Positions 1 through 12,389 of a DNA stretch of 64,000 bases are shown in pieces (position 1 is the first letter of the stretch; every line of letters begins with the position of its first letter). The DNA comes from Heterodontus francisci (lineage: Eukaryota): contig NC_090414.1 of NCBI RefSeq assembly GCF_036365525.1, forward strand, positions 19,615,846 to 19,679,845, written 5' to 3'. A program made the position numbers and the translations under genes. The notes under the pieces are model-generated. The model was not told the origin of the DNA. It did not search any database and saw only the letters and a list, made by a program, of their open reading frames with translations.

Positions 1-3000
1 CACACTGGCAGCCATTTGTATTGTCCATCAGTCCACACTGGAAACCATCTTCACTGTCCATCAGTCCCACACTGGCAGTCATTTGCACTGTCCATCAGTC
101 CCACACTGGCATCCATTTGCACTGTCCATCAGTCCCACACTGGCAGCCATTTGTAACATCCATCAATTCACAATGGCAACCATTTGAATCATCCATCAAT
201 CCACACTGGCATCTATTTACACTGTTCATCAGTCCCTCACTCGTATCCATTTCCAGTGTCGATTTGCACTGTTTGTCAGACCCGCACTGGCAGCCATTTG
301 CATTGTCCATCAGTCCACACTGGAAACCATTTGCACTGTCCATCACACTCACACAGGCAGCCATTTGTAATGTCCATCACACTCACACAGGCAGCCATTT
401 GCACTGTCCATCACACTCACACAGGCAGTCATTTGTAATGTCCATCACACTCACACAGGCAGCCATTTGCACTGTCCATCACACTCACACAGGCAGTCAT
501 TTGCACTGTCCGTCACACTCACACAGGCAGCCATTTGTAATGTCCATCACACTCACACAGGCAGCCATTTGTAATGTCCATCACACTCACACAGGCAGCC
601 ATTTGCACTGTCCATCACACTCACACAGGCAGCCATTTGTAATGTCCATCACACTCACACAGGCAGCCATTTGCACTGTCCAACACACTCACACAGGCAG
701 CCATTTGAGGTGTCCATCAGACCCTCACTGGCAGTCATTTGCACTGTCCAACAGTCCCACACTGGCATCCATTTGCACTGTCCATCAGTCCCACACTGGC
801 ATCCATTTGCACTGTCCATCAGTCCCACACTGGCAGCCATTTGCACTGTCCATCAGTCCCAAACTTGCAGCCATTTGCACTGTCCATCAGTCCCACACTG
901 GCAGCCATTTGCACTGTCCATCAGTCCCACACTGGCAGCCATTTGCACTGTCCATCAGTCCCACACTGGCATCCATTTGCACTGTCCCTCAGTCCCACAC
1001 TGGCACCCATTTGCACTGTCCATCAGTCCCACACTGGCACCCATTTGCACTGTCCATCAGTCCCACACTGGCAGCCATTTGTAATGTCCATCAATTCACA
1101 CTGGCAACCATTTGAATCATCCATCAATCCACACTGGCATCTATTTACACTGTTCATCAGTCCCTCACCGGCATCCATTTCCAGTGTCGATTTGCACTGT
1201 TTGTCAGACCCTCGCTGGAAACCATTTGCACTGTCCATCAGTCCACACTGGAAACCATTTTCACTGTCCATCACACTCACACAGGCAGCCATTTGCAGTT
1301 TCCATCAGTCCACACTGGAAACCATTTGCACTGTCCATCACACTCACACAGGCAGCCATTTGTAATGTCCATCACACTCACACAGGCAGCCATTTGCACT
1401 GTCCATCACACTCACACAGGCAGCCATTTGCACTGTCCATCACACTCACACAGGCAGTCATTTGCACTGTCCGTCACACTCACACAGGCAGCCATTTGTA
1501 ATGTCCATCACACTCACACAGGCAGCCATTTGTAATGTCCATCACACTCACACAGGCAGCCATTTGTAATGTCCATCACACTCACACAGGCAGCCATTTG
1601 CACTGTCCATCACACTCACACAGGCAGCCATTTGTAATGTCCATCACACTCACACAGGCAGCCATTTGCACTGTCCATCACACTCACACAGGCAGCCATT
1701 TGCAATGTCCATCACACTCACACAGGCAGCCATTTGCACTGTCCAACACACTCACACAGGCAGCCATTTGAGGTGTCCATCAGACCCTCACTGGCAGTAA
1801 TTTGCACTGTCCAACAGTCCCACACTGGCATCCATTTGCACTGTCCATCAGTCCCACACTGGCATCCATTTGCACTGTCCATCAGTCCCACACTGGCAGC
1901 CATTTGCACTGTCCATCAGTCCCAAACTTGCAGCCATTTGCACTGTCCATCAGTCCCACACTGGCAGCCATTTGCACTGTCCATCAGTCCCACACTGGCA
2001 GCCATTTGCACTGTCCCTCAGTCCCACACTGGCACCCATTTGCACTGTCCATCAGTCCCACACTGGCATCCATTTGCACTGTCCATCAGTCCCACACTGG
2101 CAGCCATTTGTAATGTCCATCAATTCACACTGGCAACCATTTGAATCATCCATCAATCCACACTGGCATCTATTTACACTGTTCATCAGTCCCTCACCGG
2201 CATCCATTTCCAGTGTCGATTTGCACTGTTTGTCAGACCCTCACTGGAAACCATTTGCACTGTCCATCAGTCCACACTGGAAACCATTTTCACTGTCCAT
2301 CACACTCACACAGGCAGCCATTTGCAGTTTCCATCAGTCCACACTGGAAACCATTTGTAATGTCCATCACACTCACACAGGCAGCCATTTGTAATGTCCA
2401 TCACACTCACACAGGCAGCCATTTGCACTGTCCATCACACTCACACAGGCAGCCATTTGTAATGTCCATCACACTCACACAGGCAGCCATTTGCACTGTC
2501 CATCACACTCACACAGGCAGCCATTTGTAATGTCCAACACACTCACACAGGCAGCCATTTGAGGTGTCCATCAGACCCTCACTGGCAGTCATTTACACTG
2601 TCCATCAGTCCCACACTGGCATCCATTTGCACTGTCCAACAGTCCCACACTGGCAGCCATTTGCACTGTCCATCAGTCGCACACTGGCAGCCATTTGCAC
2701 TGTCCATCAGTCCCACACTGGCAGCCATTTGCACTGTCCATCAATCCCACACTGGCAGCCATTTCTAACGTCCATCAATTCACACTGGCAACCATTTGCA
2801 TCATCCATCAATCCACACTGGCATCTATTTACACTGTTCATCAGTCCCTCACTGGCGTCCATTTCCAGTGTCGATTTGCACTGTTTGTCAGACCCTCAAT
2901 GGCAGCCATTTGCATTGTCCATCAGTCCACACTGGAAACCATTTTCACTGTCCATCACACTCACACAGGCAGCCATTTGCAGTTTCCATCAGTCCACACT

Positions 3001-3443
3001 GGAAACCATTTGTAATGTCGATCACACTCACACAGGCAGCCATTTGTAATGTCCATCACACTCACACAGGCAGCCATTTGCACTGTCCATCACACTCACA
3101 CAGGCAGCCATTTGCACTGTCCATCACACTCACACAGGCAGCCATTTGCACTGTCCATCACACTCACACAGGCAGCCATTTGTAATGTCCATCACACTCA
3201 CACAGGCAGCCATTTGTAATGTCCATCACACTCACACAGGCAGCCATTTGCACTGTCCATCACACTCACACAGGCAGCCATTTGTAATGTCCATCACACT
3301 CACACAGGCAGCCATTTGCACTGTCCATCACACTCACACAGGCAGCCATTTGAGGTGTCCATCAGACCCTCACAGGCAGCCATTTGTAATGTCCATCACA
3401 CTCACACAGGCAGCCATTTGTAATGTCCATCACACTCACACAG
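1..3443. repeat. 34-bp satellite array with higher-order structure (runs off the window start)
   Basis: About 100 tandem monomers of two variants, ccatttgcactgtccatcacactcacacaggcag and ccatttgcactgtccatcagtcccacactggcag; a divergent cassette recurs near 165, 1093, 2122 and 2777. Confidence 0.97.
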
Positions 3444-3444
3444 G

Positions 3445-3822
3445 GTGTTTTTTTTCAGGTTGTTTTTCTTCAGGTTTGCACTTGCTGCTGTTCAATATTC
3501 AGTATATTGACACCTAATCTGTACTAATGCTTTGTCTTTCAACACACCATTAACATATTGCTTGCCTTTACTCCGTGACCTTTTGGTCAACTATGTGGCC
3601 TGGTCCAATCTGCACCTTCTCCTTTGTTATCTCTTGCCCAACCCCCACCTCACTTGTTTATAATCTGTGACTTTTCTAATATTTGTCAGTTCCGCAGAAG
3701 GGTCACTGACCCGAAACGTTAATTCTGCTTCTCTTTCCACAGATGCTGCCAGACCTGCTGAGTGAATCCAGCATTTCTTGTTTTTGTTTCAGATTTCCAG
3801 CATCCGCAGTATTTTGCTTTCC
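3445..3822 (+). mobile_element. Terminal remnant of a probable Penelope-like retroelement
   Basis: gggtcactgacccgaaacgttaa...acagatgctgccagacctgctgag...ttcagatttccagcatc...gcagtattttgcttt; second copy at 26505-26635; family assignment from recall of shark repeats. Confidence 0.6.
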
Positions 3823-4700
3823 TTTCAGAACCTTGTATGTTTCAATGAGATGACCTTTCATTCTTCTAAACTCCAGAGAACCCAATGCACTCAGCCTATC
3901 ATAGGACAAACCTTCATCCCTGGGACCAATTTAGTGAACCTTTGCTGTACCGCCTCCAATACAAGTATATCCTTTCTTAAATGTGAAGACCAAAACTGCA
4001 CTGAATTCCAGACGTGGTCTCACCAAATCCCCGTACAATTTAAGACTTCTTTATTCTCATCCCCTTGCAAGAAAAAGGGCAACGTGCCATTTGCCTTCCT
4101 AATTGCTTGCTGTACCTACATGCAAACTTTCCATCCTCCTTGTACAAAAGCACCAAGTCTCTGAACACTTACAAGTTTCACACCTTTAAAAAAAAATTGC
4201 TTTTCTATTCTTGTGATCAAACTGAATACCCTCACACTTCTCTACATTATACTGCATCTGCCATCTTGTTGCCCACTCACTTAACCTGTCTATATCTCTT
4301 TGCAGCCTCTATGTCCTCCCCACCTTTGTATCCACAAATTTAGATACGCTACTCTGTCTCTTCATCCAAGCCATTAATATAGATTGTAAATAGCTGATGC
4401 CCCACTGATCCTGCCAACTTGAAAATGCCCTGTTTATGCCCACTCTGCTTCCTGTCTGCTAACCAACCCTCTATCCATGCTATTACCCCCACTCCAGGAG
4501 CCCTTATCTTGACGATTAGCCTTTTATGTGGCACCTTATTGAATGCCTTTTGGAAATCCAGGTATACTACATCTACTGGTTCCCCTTTATCTACCCTACT
4601 AGTTACATCCTCAAAACACTAACAAATTTGTCAAACAGGATTTCTCTTTAGTAAAACCATGCTGACTTGTTCTGATCATACTGTGCTTTTCTAAGTGCAT

Positions 4701-5042
4701 TTAGATTAGCTTAGTTTAGAGATACAGCACTGAAACAGGCCCTTCGGCCCACCGAGTCTGTGCCGACCATCAACCACCCATTTATACCAATCCTACACCA
4801 ATTCCATATTCCTACCACATCCCCACCTGTCCCCTATATTTCCCTACCACCTACCTATATTAGGGGCAATTTACAATGGCCAGTTAACTTAGCAACCAGC
4901 AAGTCTTTGGAGGAAACCGGAGCACCCGGAGGAAACCCACGCAGACACCGGGAGAACTTGCAAACTCCACACAGGCAGTACCCAGAATTGAACCCGGGTC
5001 GCTGGAGCTGTGAGGCTGCGGTGCTAACCACTGTGCCGCCCC
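4701..5042 (-). mobile_element. HE1-like tRNA-derived SINE
   Basis: Reverse complement reads gggcggcacagtggttagcaccgcagcctcacagctccagcgacccgggttcaattc (A/B-box head) and ends in the CR1-shared tail gggccgaagggcctgtttcagtgctgtatct. Confidence 0.9.
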
Positions 5043-6064
5043 ATTGTTAAGACTTCCTTCATAATTAATTCCAGCATTTTACCAACGACTGATGTTAGGC
5101 TAACTGGTCTGTAATTCCGTTTTCTCCCTCTTCTTTCTTGAAAAGCAGTGCAACATTTGACAACTTCCAATCTGATGGGACTATTCCCAAAACCAAGGAA
5201 TTTTGGAAAATCATAGCTAGCACATCCACGATCTCCGCAGGTATCTTGGAACCTTCAGCTGTAGGCCATCATGTCCTGGGGGTTTGTCAGATTTTAGTGC
5301 CTCAAGTTTCTCGAATACTTTTTCTCTGCTGATAGGAATTTCCTTAATTTCTTCACTTTTTTTAACCCCTAGGTTACTGTTAAAAGACAGTATGAAACTT
5401 GTACTTTTGTGAAGACACACAAAGTATTTGTTCATTTCCTTGTGATAATTCTTCCTGTCTCTGCTTCTAGGGGACTAATGTTTATTTTAGCTACTCTTCC
5501 TTTTTATATACTTATAAACGCTCTTACAATCTATTTTTTTTTTATTACTGCTTAGTTCACTCATTCTATATTTCCTGTAACAACTTTTTTAGTGGTCCTT
5601 TGCTGGTTTCTAAAACAGTCCCAATCCACAGACTTGCTACTCTTTTTGCAACATTGTAAACAACTTATTTTACATACATACCTATGTACTAGGAGCAGTA
5701 GGCTATTTGAGCCTGAAAGATATGATCCTGGCTGATCTGTTTGTGGACTCAATTCTACTTTGCTGCCTACCCTCTTGTGTGTTTGCCTTTAAGAGTAATG
5801 TACCTTTAAGATCTTGGTAGCTAATGAGCTACACACCAGGACAGTCGTATCTACATGCAAGTCCCACTCTGTACTGTAACACCAAGAGGCAAGACCTGCA
5901 AATAGATAGCTTTTCAAAAGGAATGTATTTTTGTTAAACATTTTGAATTGATTCTTTAAAAAGGTTTCCCACTGTTCATTTACTGCCATGCCTGTTAGTC
6001 TATTTACCCAATTTACCTTCACTCATACCTATGTAATTGGCTTTAAGTTTAAGATTTTTTTTTT

Positions 6065-8677
6065 TTGAACTCAGAAATAGGAAGGGTGCAGTAACAATGT
6101 TGGGGCTGTACTACAGGCCTCCCTACAGCGAGCGTGAGATAGAGGTACAAATATGTAAACTGATTATGGAAAGATGTAGGAGCAACAGGGTGGTGGTGAT
6201 AGGAGATTTTAATTTTCCCAACATTGACTGGGATTCACTTAGTGTTAGAGGTCTAGATGGAGCAGAATTTGTAAGGAGCATCCAGGAGGGTTTTCTAGAG
6301 CAGTATGTAAATAGTCCAACTCGGGAAGGGGCCATACTGGACCTGGTGTTGGGGAATGAGCCCGGCCAGGTGGTTGAAGTTTCAGTAGGGGACTACTTTG
6401 GGAATAGTGATCACAATTCCGTAAGTTTTAGAATACTCATGGACAAAGACGAGAGTGGTCCGAAAGGAAGAGTGCTAAATTGGGGGAAGGCCAACTATAC
6501 CAAAATTCAGCAGGAGCTGGGGAATGTAGATTGGGAGCAGCTGTTTGAAGGTAAATCCACATTTGATATGTGGGAGGCTTTTAAAGAGAGGTTGATAAGC
6601 GTGCAGGAGAGACATGTTCCTGTGAAAATGAGGGATAGAAATGGCAAGATTAGGGAACTATGGATGACAGGTGAAATTGAGAGACTAGCTAAGAGGAAAA
6701 AGGAAGCATACATAAGGTCTAGGAGGCTGAAGAAAGACGAAGCTTTCCCGAAAGAATATCAGGAATGTAGGACCAATCTGAAACGAGGAATTAAGAGGGC
6801 TAAAAGGGGTCATGAAATATCTTTAGCAAACAGGGTTAAGGAAAATCCCAAAGCCTTTTATTCATATATAAAAGGAGCAAGAGGGTAACTAGAGAAAGGA
6901 TTGGCCCACTCAAGGACAAAGGAGGAAAGTTATGCGTGGATTCAGAGAGAGTGGGTGAGATTCTAAACAAGTACTTTGCATCGGTATTCACCAAGGAGAG
7001 GGACATGAAGGATGTTTGAGGTTAGGGACAGATGTTTGATTACTCTAGGTCAAGTCGGCTTAAGGAGGGAGGAAGTGTTGGGTATTCTAAAAAGGCATTA
7101 AGGTGGACAAGTCCCCAGGTCCGGATCGGATCTATCCCAGGTTACTGTGGGAAGCGAGAGGGGAAATAGCTGGGGCCTTAACAGATATCTTTGCAGCATC
7201 CTTAAACATGGGTGAGGTCCCGGAGGACTGGAGAATTGCTAATGTTGTCCCCTTGTTTAAGAAGGGTAGCAGGGATAACCCAGCTAATTATAGACCGGTG
7301 AGCCTGACGTCAGTGGTAGGGAAGCTGCTGGAGAAGTTACTGAGGGATAGGATTTATTCCCATTTGGAAGAAAATGGGCTTCTCAGCGATAGGCAACATG
7401 GTTTTGTGCAGGGAAGGTCATGTCTTACCAACTTAATAGAATTCTTTGAGGAAGTGACAAAGTTGATTGATGAGGGAAGGGCTGTAGATGTCATACATGG
7501 ATTTCAGTAAGGTGTTTGATAAGGTTCCCCATGGTAGGCTGATGGAGAAAGTGAAGGCACATGGTGGCCAAGGTGTACTAGCTAGATGGATAAAGAACTG
7601 GCTGGGCAACAGGAGACAGAGTAGCAGTGGAAGGGAGTTTCTCAAAATGGAGACGTGTGACCAGTGGTGTTCCACTGCTGGGACCACTGTTGTTTGTGAT
7701 ATACATAAATGATTTGGAGGAAAGTATAGGTGGTCTGATTAGCAAGTTTGCAGACAACACTAAGATTGGTGGAGTAGCAGATAGTGAAGGGGACTGTCAG
7801 AGAATACAGCAGAATATAGATAGACTGGAGAGTTGGGCAGAGAAATGGCAGATGGAGTTCAATCAGGGCAAATGCGAGGTGATGCATTTTGGAAGATCCA
7901 AATAAAGAGTGAACTATACAGTAAATGGAAAAGTCCTGGGAAAAATTGATGTACAGAGAGATTTGGGTGTTCAGGTCCATTGTTCCCTGAAGGTGGCAAC
8001 GCAGGTCAATAGAGTGGTCAAGAAGGCATGCTTTCCTTCATCGGACGGGGTATTGAGTACAAGAGTTGGCAGGTCATGTTACAGTTGTATAAGACTTTGG
8101 TTCGGCCACATTTGGAATACTGCGTGCAGTTCTGGTCGCCACATTACCAAAAGGATGTGGATGCTTTGGAGAGGGTGCAGAGGAGGTTCACCAGGATGTT
8201 GCCTGGTATGGAGGGCGCTAGCTATGAAGAGAGGTCGAGTAGATTAGGATTATTTTCATTAGAAAGACGGAGGTTGAGGGGGGACCTGATTGAGGTGTAC
8301 AAAATCATGAGAGGTATAGACAGGGTGGATAGCAAGAAGCTTTCCACCCCCCCCCCCCCCCACCCCCAAGAGTGGGGGATTCAATTACTAGGGGTCACGA
8401 GTTCAAAGTGAGGGGGGAAAAGTTTAGGGGGGATATGCGTGGAAAGTTCTTTACGCAGAGGGTGGTGGGTGCCTGGAACGCATTGCCAGCGGAGGTGGTA
8501 GACGGGGGCACAATAGCGTCTTTTAAGATGTATCTAGACAGATGCATGAATGGGCAGGAAGTAAAGAGATACAGACCCTTAGAAAATAAGCGTCATGTTT
8601 AGATAGAGGATCTGGATCGGCGCAGGCTTGGAGGGCCGAAGGGCCTGTTCCTGTGCTGTAATTTTCTTTGTTCTTTG
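6065..8677 (+). mobile_element. 5'-truncated CR1 LINE, frameshifted ORF2 (endonuclease + RT)
   Basis: Motifs GDFNFP, LDLVL, SDHN, KSPGPD, NYRPVSLTS, QHGF, KFADNTK, RPHLEYC; 3' tail gggccgaagggcctgttcctgtgctgta plus a microsatellite end. Confidence 0.95.
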
Positions 8678-10238
8678 ATATGTCACTTTCAAACTTAAAC
8701 TTGCAATTCAACCTGAACTCCACGCATCTCATTTTATTTTGCATCAGGCAAGTGTCAGGCAAACCCCCACCTGCCAAGACTGAGGCACACATTTCACCAC
8801 ATGAACATTAAAACTTTAAAAATTGCAATCTCTGATCGGAAAGACATTTCCATGGTAACAGACCATGTTGAAACAATGCAGACTTGGCAGTTGCTCTCCA
8901 ATGTACAGAAGTGGTCAGACTAGTTTTAGTCACAAGGCTAGCCAGCTGGGGGAAGAGGAATTTGGAGCCTCCAAGAGATGGGAAGAGAGTGTTCCATATA
9001 AGGAACTAGTCACATGACTAGTCTGCTGAGCACCCTGGGAGCTTTTTGAATTTGAACTCCCAAACAAAGGAATTGCCAGGTAGAACGCCATGTGCTCTCC
9101 TGGAACTAAGAACACCTCCTACCTGTCTCAGGGAACTATTTAATGCTCTGTCCAATGGTATAACTACTGTTAGGGGGCCTATAAACTATTCCCAACAGTG
9201 TTTTATGATTTTTGCTATTCTTAATTTCCACCCTTACTGATTCTACTTCATGATCTTCGGAGGCCAGATCCTCTCACTAAATGTCCTTATGTCATCCTTC
9301 ACTATCAGGGCTACTCTTCTTCCTTTGCCATTGAGTCTATCTTTCAAAATGTTTTGTACCCTGGAATATTACTTCCTAACCTTGATCACCATGCAACCAT
9401 GTCTCTAATGGCGATTAGATCTAAATCATTTACCTCTAATTGTGCCACCCTTCCTGCCACATTCTGATTATCATTCCCCTTATTGCTATCTTGCCTTCTG
9501 TCTCTAAAATTTTCCTCACTTGATCCCTCACCCCCACTATTTAGTTTAAAGCCCTGTCTACTGCCCTAGTTATACAACTCGCTAGAACACTGGTGCCAGC
9601 AGAGTTCATGTGAAGACCGTCACAACGATACAGCTCCCACTTTCCCTAGTACTGGTGCCAGTGCCCCAAGAATCAAAACCCATTTCTCCAACAATCTTTG
9701 AGCTACACATTTAACTTTAATCTTAATTATCCTACACCAATTTGCTCATGTCTCACGTAATAACCCAGAGATTATTACCTTTGAGGTTCTGCTTTTAAAA
9801 GTAACAGTGCAACCTGAGCCATTGTCTGAAATATCAGCACCCCCATTGAAGGTATGTGCACTGCTCAGACTGTGCTCCTCTCTGCAGGGAAGCACTAGCT
9901 TAGGGTGCCTAAATGATTTCTTGCCTTTCTACAAATAGTCCCCATAGGTTCTTTAATATCAAGGGGTTAATTCCAGAGTTTAAGACCAGATTTGAAAGCC
10001 TTAGTTATATCAGTTTGTGAAAAATACGACTCCCAAGCAGGAGTGCAAAAACACCTGTAAAGGGCCAATTATGATATTGTACACTGTTACAATATCCAAC
10101 ATGCCTAGTGCTAAAACCAATTCAACAGATTCTTATTTCATTGAAAATTCAGATTTTGTCTTATGACAGAAACCACCAAAAAGGACTACAGACTCACTGG
10201 CCACAGAGAACAGGAATCTTGCAGGTCTCTGCCACAGC

Positions 10239-10655
10239 CAAGGGGAAGACCTTAAAACAAAACTCTTTGACCAATGTTGACAACAAATTCTGACAGAAAG
10301 TAAGAGCCCCACACAGACTAAGGAGCAGCCTGCTGTACAAAGTATTTGGAAGTTTTATAAAGGGTTACTTAACACTCCACACTCAATGAGAACAACTCCA
10401 ATACTGTCACGCCACTGAAGGTCAGATTCAAACTGTACTGTGACTTTGTACTTCCTCATAATGAGGTAAACATCAGCTGACACTACACTTGCGTAACTGG
10501 ATACAAGGAAAGCCAAATAAGCGAAGAGGTTATTTACAAGGTGGGGCAAATCTGATTTCTGAAAATCTTCCAAAAGTCCCTACAACAATTGCTTCCAGGT
10601 GTTTTGGGGTAGTTTTGGACAGAGGGGAAAAGAATGGTCATGGGATTAATTTTAG
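10239..10655. repeat. Local duplication, copy A (about 410 bp)
   Basis: Direct repeat of 11227-11640, starting aggggaagaccttaaaacaaaactc. Confidence 0.95.
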
Positions 10656-10679
10656 GGGGAAGATCATACATTGGCTTCA

Positions 10680-11196
10680 CTGTGCCTGCGTCATCATCCA
10701 ACATCAGACCATCTTTTTGTCACCTCCTATCCCAACTGGCCATCCGCCCAGCCTCCACTGTTCATAAACTTCAGCTCATCCAGAACTCCGCTCCCGTCTC
10801 CTAATTCGCACCAAGCCCTGATTACCCATCACCCACTGTACTTGCTGAATCCCGGTCCAGCAATGCCTCGATTTTAAAATTCTCAAATTCTTCACAGCCT
10901 TGCCCCCTCACCAACTCTAATCTCCTCCAGCCCTACAACCCTCCAATTCTAGCCTCTTGCACATTCCCCAGTTCCACTGTCCCACCATTGGTGGCTACGC
11001 CTTCAGCTGTCTTGGCCCTAAAGTCAGGAATCCTCTCCGCCTCACCCTCCTCCTTTAAACCTACCTCTTTGACCAAGCTTTAGGTTACCTGTCCTCATGT
11101 CTCCTTCTGTGGCCTGGTGTCAATTTGGTTAACACTATGAAGCACCTTGGGACATTGGACTACATTTAAGGCACTACATAAAGGCAGGTTGTTGTT
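10680..11196 (+). mobile_element. L2-like LINE 3' fragment
   Basis: Ends gaagcaccttgggaca...actacatttaaggcactacataaaggcaggttgttgttg; related to 28385-28705 (+), 14010-14370 (-) and 50643-51005 (-). Confidence 0.65.
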
Positions 11197-11226
11197 GACT
11201 GTACAATGGTCTGTACATCTGTGGTA

Positions 11227-11640
11227 AAGGGGAAGACCTTAAAACAAAACTCTTTTTGACCAATGTTGACAACAAATTCTGACAGAAAGTAAGAGCCCCA
11301 CACAGACTAAGGAGCAACCCGCTGTACAAAATATTTGGAAGTTTTATAAAGGGTTAACACTCCACACTCAATGAGAACAACTCCAATACTGTCACGCCAT
11401 TAAAGGTCAGATTCAAACTGTACCGTGACTTTGTACTTCCTCATAATGAGGCAAACATCAGCTGACACTACATTTGTGTAACTGGATACAAAGACAGCCA
11501 ATTAAGTGAAGGTTATTTACAAGGTGGGGCAAATCAGATTTCTGATAAAATCTTTCAGATGTCCCAACTGCAACAGCTTCTGGGAGTTTTGGGGGTTGTT
11601 TTTGGACAGGCGGACAGAAAAGGTCATGGACTCATTTTAA
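11227..11640. repeat. Local duplication, copy B
   Basis: Direct repeat of 10239-10655. Confidence 0.95.
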
Positions 11641-11726
11641 TGCAGTGAATTCCCACCTTTGTGTACAGCAACACAGATTTAGTTCTGGGGTCACAGATAC
11701 CCAAAGAAAGTTGGGGGGGGGGTGGG

Positions 11727-12389
11727 TGTCGAGCTCAATGCAATTTTAAAGTAGTTTATTAATAAGCAGTTTAAAATATAATGTATATATGTATATTAAG
11801 TGGTTTAAATATGATGCATAAGCTAAATAGACAGAAATGACATACGACCTGTAACAGATTGAAAGCTTACTGATTCCAGATCATGCAATGGGGCAGAACA
11901 GTATTGGCACACTCCCTGATGGATGAGGGAGGGGAGGTCTTGGTGCTCTCTTCGGTCCTCGCAGTCCTCAGTCTTCATGTTAACTGAAGTGTTAGGCAGT
12001 AACCATAGACTCCACTGAGGGAAGCTTTCCCTCTCTCTCTCTCCCCCAAGGAGTGTTTATTTACTTTACTTCCTGTGGCTGGTGAGTGTACCATGTCAAT
12101 CATATTCAAGGTAATCCCTCCAATTTTCATCCAGAGCCCAGAGTCATCTCGTGGCTCATCGCTTACTAGAACGTTCTGTTAACCTTTAGTCATGGCATCC
12201 CACTTTATCGGCTTTAGGAATGCCTGGTCTAGAATTATGTCCTTGGCAGAGATAACAGACCTAAGCGGTCTTGGCTGCCTACCATAGGGTCTTTAAGTCA
12301 GAGCAAGAGAATCACAATACTATGTCTATTAATTCCATAAAAATTCTAGATTATTCTGAAAAGTATCATTTAAGATCCTATTTCTTACA
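11727..12389 (-). mobile_element. Candidate solo LTR
   Basis: Minus strand starts TGTAAG and ends ...AATAAA...GACA; about 660 bp; no target-site duplication seen. Confidence 0.5.

Larger units (their letters stand above)
3828..9800 (-). mobile_element. Old degenerate CR1 LINE interrupted by younger insertions
   Basis: Minus-strand RT remnants (LEFRRMKGHLIETYKVLKG, PHKRL, KLEALKSDKPPG); esterase-like ORF1 remnant (WELYRCDGLHMN) near 9600-9660. Confidence 0.8.

Noticed and set aside
1-3443. CRISPR-like periodicity
   Set aside because: No unique spacers and no cas genes; vertebrate satellite
21-3517. Long His/Cys/Pro-rich ORFs (up to 364 aa)
   Set aside because: By-products of the 34-bp satellite; the same peptides appear in all three frames
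4960-5042. tRNA-like heads here and near 25570 and 46895
   Set aside because: These are SINE promoter regions continuing into SINE body, not tRNA genes
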